A stretch of 32,145 bases of DNA from Planctomycetota bacterium (lineage in GTDB: Bacteria; Planctomycetota; GCA-002687715; DRQF01), in the NCBI GenBank assembly GCA_027001995.1, contig JALTLO010000187.1, positions 1 through 32,145 of the forward strand. Reading direction: 5' to 3'. The notes beneath the pieces are model-generated. The model worked only from the letters and a program-made list of their open reading frames with translations. It was not told the origin of the DNA and did not search any database. Of the stretch, positions 18,710 through 25,951 are shown piece by piece. Position 1 is the stretch's first letter; the number at the start of each line of letters is the position of its first letter. A program made the position numbers and the translations under genes.

Positions 18710-19099
18710 CTAATGAGTGCAGATTCCACTTCCATCGGGCCCCTTGGCACCTTTCGCCCCATCTGTATCTCCGCCTGCACCTTTCCTTCCTCCTATCCCA
18801 CCGGGTCCACCTTCACCAATTCCGCCGTTTCCTCCAGAACTAGATCCGTCGCCACCCTTTCCACCAGTGGCGGGATTGCTCGGGTTTGTGGGGTCGTTCC
18901 ATGCATTCCTTCCCTTGCCTCCCTTGCCTCCATCACCGGGCATGTTAGATCCACCACCGTTGCAGCCATCACCGCCGTGCGGGAATGCGGATGTACCATT
19001 AGCGCCCGCCATTCCTTGTTGACAATATGAGAAATCAGAAAAAAAGAAGAAGGCCGATCCAAACAAGAACCATGCCAAGAATGCTCTAAGTACCGACAT
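18710..19099 (-). CDS. Small secreted glycine-rich (GGxG/GxxG repeat) protein
   Basis: ATG at 19099 with a ggag RBS and a hydrophobic N-terminus. The mature region is made of GGDG, GGKGGKG, GGNGGIG and GAKGAKG blocks. Confidence 0.8.
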   Translation of the reverse strand: MSVLRAFLAWFLFGSAFFFFSDFSYCQQGMAGANGTSAFPHGGDGCNGGGSNMPGDGGKGGKGRNAWNDPTNPSNPATGGKGGDGSSSGGNGGIGEGGPGGIGGRKGAGGDTDGAKGAKGPDGSGICTH

Positions 19100-19428
19100 T
19101 AGACTACTCCAAAATAGTAACTGCCTACCAAGTTGATCGAAGATGAGAACAAGGAGAAGAAGAAGCGTCATTTCTCAATTGGTGTCCGCGTTTTCAAGTT
19201 TTCAGCTTGTCCATACAGCCAAATTAATTTACTCTCGCCACTGCTCGGTAGACTTATGGCGCGAAAATGGGGATTAAAGAGAAGATATTCATGGGTAGAA
19301 GAATGAAAATGACAAGAGGAATACTTGTTTACTTGTATGTGCCAGCGCACAAACAAAGTCTGAGGCTACTTTCGAAAGATTCGTGATTCCCAGACCGAGG
19401 TCGATACCACCATTGCACTACTGGCAAG

Positions 19429-19917
19429 GTGTGGATGACCAAAATAATGGAATCATCGTCCTTGTTCCGACCAGTCCAGTTCCAAATGGCTACGGTGTCA
19501 TTTGGTTGGATAGCGCGTATTCTCTTCGGGGTATTCTCCTTCTCAGTCTATTCGCTTGTAAGTGAACCCCGATTTATTCAGTTTGCACTCTTAAAGTTTG
19601 GAAGACTCGCAGGCCTCGAGTTTTTGGACCTCAGTGCTACGAATATGGCCATTCGAGCGATTTTGGCAATTGAATGCATGATTTCTGCTCTGTGCGTGAC
19701 CAGTCTTTGGCGAATCGGAGTTTCTACAGCGTGTTGTCTACTAACAGGTTATTCGATCTATTTGGTGATGCTTTGGCAGCTCGATGGCACCGCAGCTTCT
19801 TGCGGGTGCGGCTTTTCTGCGGGCGATAATCTCCCGTGGTGGGTTGGTGTCATTCGCAATATTACCTTGATTGCCTTGTGCTCTTGGACATTGCGATTAA
19901 GGAATAGTGAACTCTAA
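19429..19917 (+). CDS. MauE/DoxX-like membrane protein
   Basis: About 4 TM segments, RILFGVF, AIE, SCGCG and IRNITLI motifs. The start codon is uncertain. Confidence 0.75.
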   Translation: MWMTKIMESSSLFRPVQFQMATVSFGWIARILFGVFSFSVYSLVSEPRFIQFALLKFGRLAGLEFLDLSATNMAIRAILAIECMISALCVTSLWRIGVSTACCLLTGYSIYLVMLWQLDGTAASCGCGFSAGDNLPWWVGVIRNITLIALCSWTLRLRNSEL

Positions 19918-19932
19918 GTCGAAAGGACGACG

Positions 19933-20610
19933 ATGAAGAAGCATTATGGCTCAAAGACCGTGGGGTTGGCCATTGTCGGGGTATTTATTGTCGCTGTGGG
20001 ATCTTGGCTTTGGATTCGCAATTCTGGCGAGTCGAACGAAGCACTTACTGGAATAGTCCGCGAATCGGATGAATCAGCAGAGCATGTTGAAGAGCCGAAT
20101 GCCCAAGTTGATGATAATTTCTTGGAAATAAACCAACTCAAGAGGCGCATGGCGGAGCAAGGGAAACTGATCGCCGCACTGACCGAGAGAGTTGAAAATA
20201 GTAATCATGGAAGAGCAGGAATCGATAGCGAGTCCGAAGAATCCAAGATTGCTGAAATTCCAGCCTCGGCTCCAATTTCGCAAGTACAACTTGACTCCCA
20301 AACAAAAGATCATATCGACCTTATTGCCGAAAAGTTAAACTTCTCGCATTCCGAAAAACAAGTAGCTCTTTGGTGTTGTCGACAACTGAATGCGCAACTT
20401 GACCAGTTCGTCATTGAACCTTTTGTCGCTTCAAGTATGAAATTCAAGAGAGCGAAGGCAGAATTTGAAAGAGCAAAGTCGGCGAGCCAGGATGAATATG
20501 TTCACGCGGAAGCCCAGAAGGCGCTTCTTGCAATTCAAGTGGAATACCAACGCGAAGTTAAGCGACTTTTTCCTGATAAAGATGACCGCAATAAGATCTT
20601 CGGCCGATAA
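19933..20610 (+). CDS. Membrane-anchored coiled-coil/helical hypothetical protein
   Basis: 225 aa, RBS gaaagga, N-terminal TM helix, acidic linker, heptad-like INQLKRRMAEQGKLIAALTERVE. Confidence 0.8.
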   Translation: MKKHYGSKTVGLAIVGVFIVAVGSWLWIRNSGESNEALTGIVRESDESAEHVEEPNAQVDDNFLEINQLKRRMAEQGKLIAALTERVENSNHGRAGIDSESEESKIAEIPASAPISQVQLDSQTKDHIDLIAEKLNFSHSEKQVALWCCRQLNAQLDQFVIEPFVASSMKFKRAKAEFERAKSASQDEYVHAEAQKALLAIQVEYQREVKRLFPDKDDRNKIFGR

Positions 20611-20741
20611 TCCGAGCCTCTATGAGGCCAAGCTGACGTGCTGGGAAAAACATCGGCACAATTGATCTATCGGATTAGGCCTTTGCCGATTCTGACCTTT
20701 GGCCGCGAGAGCGGACATCCAGCTTTGCTACAGAAGTCCAT

Positions 20742-21722
20742 TCAGTAGCTCACTTTGAACGTCGGTGAATCCTCTGGTCTTGATCGCCGTCTATCATACA
20801 GTTTTGTCGTGCTTATATTCGAGTGGCCCAACCATTTCTGCACGTAAGCAATGTCGGCGGCGTTTTCGAGAGCATTGGTGGCGGCCGTCGCTCGAAGCGA
20901 GTGCAAACACAAGCCATCCAACCTCACGCCGGCTTTCTTGGAGTAGCTCTTAATCATGGTGTAGAGCCCGTTGCCGGAGATTGCTTTGTCGAGATCTCCA
21001 GTCACGTTGTTGCGAACAGGCCGAAAGAGAGGGCCTTTCCGATCTTCCTCGTGGCCGGCCGCCTCAAGGTACTCCGAAATGGCGGTGATGGCTGCCGGAT
21101 GCGCCGGCACATATCTTGTTTTTGATCCTTTACCTTTAACCGTGAAGTGCAAAACACCACGGCGCTCCGTGAGACTTCCCACCTTTAGGTCCGCAACCTC
21201 TGTCCTTCGCAGCGCATGAAACAAGTAGGCCGCAATGATGGCGCGATCGCGCTTGGCTTTTAACGTATCACCTTCAGGGGCCTTCAAAAGTAACCTAGCC
21301 TGGTCATCAGAGAGCGCCGGCGTCTTTCCTTCGTTGTTATCCGCCGATGGGCGTTTCACGCCAGAGACTGGGTTATGCTCAACAGCGTTTTCATTGCACA
21401 GATAGTCAAACAAGGAAGAAACCGCCGACAACTTGCGGCGCATGGTAGCCGGGGCAAGAGATTGGCCTTCTAAGGCTTTTCGCCAGGCAATGATGTGAGC
21501 TCTTGTCACTTGGCGAAGCTCAGAGGGGTTTTCAATGCCGCAAAAAGCAATGAAAGCCTCGACATCAGATTTGTAGGCTCGCTTGGTGTTGGGGTTATCG
21601 ATATTCGCCAACCAGATCATCGCCGCCGGTACTTCCGCCAACTCATGAAATTCAGCGTTCGAGAGCAAGCGTCCCGATCCGTCATTAACAACTAAGTCAC
21701 CTTTATTTACGATATCGACCAT
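20742..21722 (-). CDS. Tyrosine recombinase/integrase (XerC/D-like fold with N-terminal SAM-like domain)
   Basis: Catalytic motifs LRRTE, KGKGSK, HSLR, LGH and TTKLY are intact. The ATG at 21722 with a ggag RBS is preferred over 21767. Confidence 0.95.
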   Translation of the reverse strand: MVDIVNKGDLVVNDGSGRLLSNAEFHELAEVPAAMIWLANIDNPNTKRAYKSDVEAFIAFCGIENPSELRQVTRAHIIAWRKALEGQSLAPATMRRKLSAVSSLFDYLCNENAVEHNPVSGVKRPSADNNEGKTPALSDDQARLLLKAPEGDTLKAKRDRAIIAAYLFHALRRTEVADLKVGSLTERRGVLHFTVKGKGSKTRYVPAHPAAITAISEYLEAAGHEEDRKGPLFRPVRNNVTGDLDKAISGNGLYTMIKSYSKKAGVRLDGLCLHSLRATAATNALENAADIAYVQKWLGHSNISTTKLYDRRRSRPEDSPTFKVSY

Positions 21723-21740
21723 GCCCGCCCCACTCCGTCT

Positions 21741-21774
21741 TTTAATGTTGATAATGTATTTTATCACTATTAAA
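21741..21774. other. dif-like tyrosine-recombinase crossover site (14-6-14)
   Basis: tttaatgttgataa-tgtatt-ttatcactattaaa, arms 12/14 inverted, with an ATAA-N6-TTAT core. It lies 18 nt upstream of the recombinase start. Confidence 0.75.
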
Positions 21775-21962
21775 GAGGGCGGTCAATCGAGAAGTCAGCT
21801 TATGGCTCGCACGCCCCTAATGGGAGCGTGCCGCCCACTCCCGAAGTACCGACTCCGCCATGAACTTGGCAGAACCCAACCAAAGAGTATATTCGTAGTT
21901 CAGGCGACCCAACGACCGGAAGATCTCGCGCCCAAAGTGGTGACGACGAAAGGAATTCATTC

Positions 21963-24900
21963 ATGCGAAAGTACGCATTTTGGAACAATAAAGGCGGCAC
22001 AGGAAAGACGAGCCTACTTTTTCAATCGGCAACGATGTACGCCGAATCCCACCAAAAGCAGCAAGTCTTAATCATCGACGCTTGCCCGCAAGCAAACCTC
22101 TCCGAACTACTTTTAGGCGGGTTAGTCAGTGGCGGGAGTGATTCATTACAGTCTCTCCAACAACAGTCGCCTCGCAGGACAATTGGCGGTTATTTTGAAT
22201 CTCGGCTTCCTTCGCCATTCACAAAACCGGAAATTGACGTTGCCGAGTTCCTGTCAAAACCCTCGGAAAGCAATGAGGCGATCGCAGGCAATATTTCATT
22301 ACTTGCCGGCGATCCTCTCTTGGAGCTGCAATCTAACGCTATCGCAACACTTGCAAATTCTCAGATTCCTGGCCAAAATCCTTGGCTGGCTGTTGCCGAT
22401 TGGATTACGAACTTCATTGAGAGCGCCGAAGGAAGTTTTGATGTGGTGTTCATCGACACCAACCCAAGTTTCTCCATGTACACTCAAATCGCACTCTCGT
22501 CCGCATCTCACTTGGTATTGCCAACAATGGCAGACGATTCGTCTCGCAGAGCAATCCAGAATGCGTTTTCGTTGATCCACGGCTTGAATCTTCCATCCTC
22601 GATTTACAAAGACTATTCATTTACGACCAAACTCACTAATGACCGTCGTGACCTCCCGAAAGTACATTTGGTGCCGATGAACAGACTCACTCAATATATG
22701 GGACCCGCATCGGCCTACAGTTCTGTGATGAATCAGATCCAATCGTTTGTCGGAGACGTTCTTGAGGATAACCCGGAAGTCTTCACCTTCTCCGACATGA
22801 AAGAAGGATTTGTCGATATCAGGGACTTTCAAACAACGGGCGTTGTGGCATTCTCTGAGGGCAAACCATTCACTCGACTCAAGACAAGAAATCACTTCAT
22901 CGGCGGTCGTAAAACCCCCGGTTACGTCGGCGCGAAACCAAATTACATAACCGCTGAGATTCGCGAGTTCGTTGAGCTCTCCGTTTTGAGATCGAAGGAA
23001 TTCAACATTCCAGTTCCATCTGGCCTCTCTTGGTCTTCAAGTGATTCTTATCCGATAAGGCAACCTCAAGATAGAAAGTCATGGGGGATCGTCGGTGCGA
23101 GTTCTGGCGGGTACTTGGCTCTTGACACAGCACTTGCTCCGCACTCGCAACGGATGAACACAATGATCACCGTAGGCAACTCACCAATACCCGTCTTTGT
23201 TGACACTGGGATTGGAGCGGCCGCGGTGGAAAGTCCGGGTGTTGACGTTTACAATTGGCGGTTTATGGGTGACAACAGTTACTTGCGACGGAATGCAACC
23301 ATCTACATGCACACCGATTTATCGCACCTTGGGTATCCGTTCCCGTCAACCGCGCCACTGCCTGCAAACGCGCCAGCTGGCTCAAGAATTCAATTCCCCG
23401 AACCCTGGGATGACCTCATCTTGGATGCAATCGTCCCACTGCCATATGCCAAGTTTTTTCCTGAAATCTACCTGAAACTAAGACCGAATGTGACGATCAA
23501 CCAGGGGCTTGAGAAACAGGTCTTCTCCGACACTTTGGATTTCGCTTTGCATGCTGGCGGTACAAATCCAGCGGCGAATCAATCTGCGATGGCACCTTAC
23601 TACCCGCTCTTGCCATCAGTTTGGAAGAACTTATTCTTAGGGAAGAATATCGTTGACTATATTGGCGCCAATCTCTCAAACACGCCGCCGGAACCAGATC
23701 CGCCGATCCTCTACATGTACGGCGATTGTGATTCGGTTGTGTCGCCATTTCAGCCTGAGAGGTACAAGAGTGTTTATCTTTCTGTGACCGGATCAACTTT
23801 TGACAACATCTTTCCGAGGACTGGCGAGAAACATGGATACCGGGACATCGATCGAAAAGACCGCGGTGAATACGTCTGTTTCTTCGATCAAGAATTAAGA
23901 GGGATCGTGGATGCGGACCGCGATGGGCTCAGCGATGCAAACGAACCGGTTGCGAACAATGCATATGATACAGACGGCGATGGCCAACTTGATGGAATCG
24001 AGTATAAACATTCGGGAATCACTGGGGTTTTTGCGGCTGGTGGAGAAGTAGATGATCCGTCATCAACTTTTCGAATTACGTCCGTCACGAAAGTTCTCGA
24101 TACGACTCTCGGCACATGGAAAATCACGATTGATTTTGACGGCAATGGCAGTCTGGGAAGTTCAGACAACCAATACACTCTCCAAACATGCAAATGGCTC
24201 TTCAATAATGATGATGATAGCGGGCGGGCCTATGCAAGGTGGAAAGACGTTACCCAGGATATTGGCCTTTCTTCGCTAGCCCCAGGAAAGTTTCGATGCT
24301 CGATCTTGAGGCCGGTTAACGCTGCAAACGATGAGAAGTTCTATCGCGTCGCAATGGTCGATCCACTGAGCAAGATGCGGGAGGTGACGACCGCTCCATT
24401 TGGGCTTCAAAAAGGGCTCATTAGGCGAAATCAAACTCCAATTGGAGGTCCCGTGGCCGCGACAATGATCAATTTGATTTGCTCGCCCTTTCACAATCCG
24501 GATGAAAGAAGAGTGAGAGTTGACAGTGTTTCAAGTACCGCAACGATCCCGGTCCAAACCACTTGGTTGCACAATAGTGGGATCGCATCGCCATTTGGCT
24601 CTCTTCCTAGTTTCTTGACTTCGGGAGCGACGAATACTGGGAGTTTTGGTTACTATGCAATCATCCAAGACGATTTTGATTTCTCGTCCAAACGGGCTGG
24701 GCGCTCTGCGCTTCCACCGCCGCCGGATACGCCCAATCCTGAAGATCATGGGATTGAAGGTCACTGGTGGTTCGTTGATTCAGCCACTGCAAATTCAGTG
24801 ACGATGACAGAGCGAGCATCCAATCAAACCCAAGCGTCTGGGATCCCCGCCAACTCTAGTATTTCGATTCGGAAATTGACTTCGTTAGCCGACATTTTTG

Positions 24901-25856
24901 AGGGCCTGAGAGATACGCGCATGTCACCAGTGGTTCCGAATCGTTGGTTGCGGGCTCTTGATGTTGTTGGAGGAATTGCCCCGAGTCCATTTCTTGATGG
25001 AGATACCATTCGTTTCTTACCTCGAGATAGCCATAGCGTTGATTGGAGTGTTGCGATGAGTTTCTCCCTTCCATGGGCAAACCCCCTCACACTTCGTTTC
25101 GTCGATCAGGGCGTTTTTGATGGCTTTTGGGTCGACATTGCCAATCCGACCATTCCAGTCGACCTATCTACTTATTACCTAAGGCCTGATGAAGCGATCG
25201 AATACAACGCTTCTCCAGCGGCAGCGAACGACAATTCTGAGACTTATTGGATATCTGGCATGGTGTTGACGTCGGATCTCATTGCGTATGTCAATGCGCT
25301 CGCTGTGGATTCTCAGGGGAATCAGACGTTTCCGGCGGACAGAAACGCTCCTGGAGCACAGAATTTCGGCCCAGTATCCTATGGTGTTTCAACTGTCGGC
25401 TGGCCGTTTTCGGCCGATTGCCCACTGGCAACATATTTTGGCCGATCTACTATGTTTTTTGAGTCTGGCCTTACAATGCGCGTCGATGACGGCACGTTCG
25501 CGAACAATGATTTGCCTTCAACATTCTCTGCCGGAGCAATTCTTTTTCACACCGACTATAAGTTAGGCGGTGGATATCAAGGCGATGCTCCAACGCTATC
25601 GACGGCGATTTGGGGCGACTACACTGGCGACCATCAGTATTGGGCTCCTCAGCTACCTCTGGTTCGACGTGTTGAACTTCCGGGCGGAGTAAGGATCTAT
25701 GGGACGAACATTCCTCCTGGTTTGGGCGGGATTGTGGACAATACAGTCCAAGAATTACGAGCTGGCCGTGGATATCACGTACTCTTGAATCGAACAAACC
25801 CTTCGGAACGCCTTATTCATGAATGGCGGATGCGTCGGCCATATCGGAGGCCTTGA
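21963..25856 (+). CDS. Chimeric protein: ParA/Soj-like ATPase fused to a truncated alpha/beta hydrolase, Ca-binding DxDxDG repeats and a large extracellular-type domain
   Basis: Residues 1-318: NNKGGTGKTS, IIDACPQAN, FIDTNP. Then GASSGG (S380), YGDCD (D590), EKHGY (H624), and DADRDGLSD / DTDGDGQLD. RBS gaaagga. Confidence 0.8.
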   Translation: MRKYAFWNNKGGTGKTSLLFQSATMYAESHQKQQVLIIDACPQANLSELLLGGLVSGGSDSLQSLQQQSPRRTIGGYFESRLPSPFTKPEIDVAEFLSKPSESNEAIAGNISLLAGDPLLELQSNAIATLANSQIPGQNPWLAVADWITNFIESAEGSFDVVFIDTNPSFSMYTQIALSSASHLVLPTMADDSSRRAIQNAFSLIHGLNLPSSIYKDYSFTTKLTNDRRDLPKVHLVPMNRLTQYMGPASAYSSVMNQIQSFVGDVLEDNPEVFTFSDMKEGFVDIRDFQTTGVVAFSEGKPFTRLKTRNHFIGGRKTPGYVGAKPNYITAEIREFVELSVLRSKEFNIPVPSGLSWSSSDSYPIRQPQDRKSWGIVGASSGGYLALDTALAPHSQRMNTMITVGNSPIPVFVDTGIGAAAVESPGVDVYNWRFMGDNSYLRRNATIYMHTDLSHLGYPFPSTAPLPANAPAGSRIQFPEPWDDLILDAIVPLPYAKFFPEIYLKLRPNVTINQGLEKQVFSDTLDFALHAGGTNPAANQSAMAPYYPLLPSVWKNLFLGKNIVDYIGANLSNTPPEPDPPILYMYGDCDSVVSPFQPERYKSVYLSVTGSTFDNIFPRTGEKHGYRDIDRKDRGEYVCFFDQELRGIVDADRDGLSDANEPVANNAYDTDGDGQLDGIEYKHSGITGVFAAGGEVDDPSSTFRITSVTKVLDTTLGTWKITIDFDGNGSLGSSDNQYTLQTCKWLFNNDDDSGRAYARWKDVTQDIGLSSLAPGKFRCSILRPVNAANDEKFYRVAMVDPLSKMREVTTAPFGLQKGLIRRNQTPIGGPVAATMINLICSPFHNPDERRVRVDSVSSTATIPVQTTWLHNSGIASPFGSLPSFLTSGATNTGSFGYYAIIQDDFDFSSKRAGRSALPPPPDTPNPEDHGIEGHWWFVDSATANSVTMTERASNQTQASGIPANSSISIRKLTSLADIFEGLRDTRMSPVVPNRWLRALDVVGGIAPSPFLDGDTIRFLPRDSHSVDWSVAMSFSLPWANPLTLRFVDQGVFDGFWVDIANPTIPVDLSTYYLRPDEAIEYNASPAAANDNSETYWISGMVLTSDLIAYVNALAVDSQGNQTFPADRNAPGAQNFGPVSYGVSTVGWPFSADCPLATYFGRSTMFFESGLTMRVDDGTFANNDLPSTFSAGAILFHTDYKLGGGYQGDAPTLSTAIWGDYTGDHQYWAPQLPLVRRVELPGGVRIYGTNIPPGLGGIVDNTVQELRAGRGYHVLLNRTNPSERLIHEWRMRRPYRRP

Positions 25857-25951
25857 GGGTGTGTTCTATTCTTCATTATACCGCGATTCCTCATGTTTGT
25901 TTGATTCTCTCCTGTTTAGCTGTGTTGTCTCGCTTGAGCCCACCCAAACGC

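Noticed and set aside
18717..19022. Pro-rich plus-strand ORF
   Set aside because: It is the antisense shadow of the Gly codons. The minus-strand gene has the RBS and signal peptide.
20742..21774. Integron integrase with attI/attC cassettes
   Set aside because: The protein does not resemble IntI by eye, and no recurrent attC (RYYYAAC...GTTRRRY) sites were found between genes.
21741..21774. Chromosomal dif site
   Set aside because: The arms are nearly symmetric and lack the XerD arm TTATGTTAAAT. The position next to a mobile-type recombinase fits a cognate site better.
21963..22916. Plasmid or chromosome partition locus
   Set aside because: No parB or parS-like repeats nearby, and the ATPase is fused to unrelated domains.
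22911..22920. Frameshift at aaaaccccc separating parA from the hydrolase gene
   Set aside because: The alternative frames stop within about 15 codons without a convincing ParA tail. The hydrolase would still lack its start and N-terminal half.
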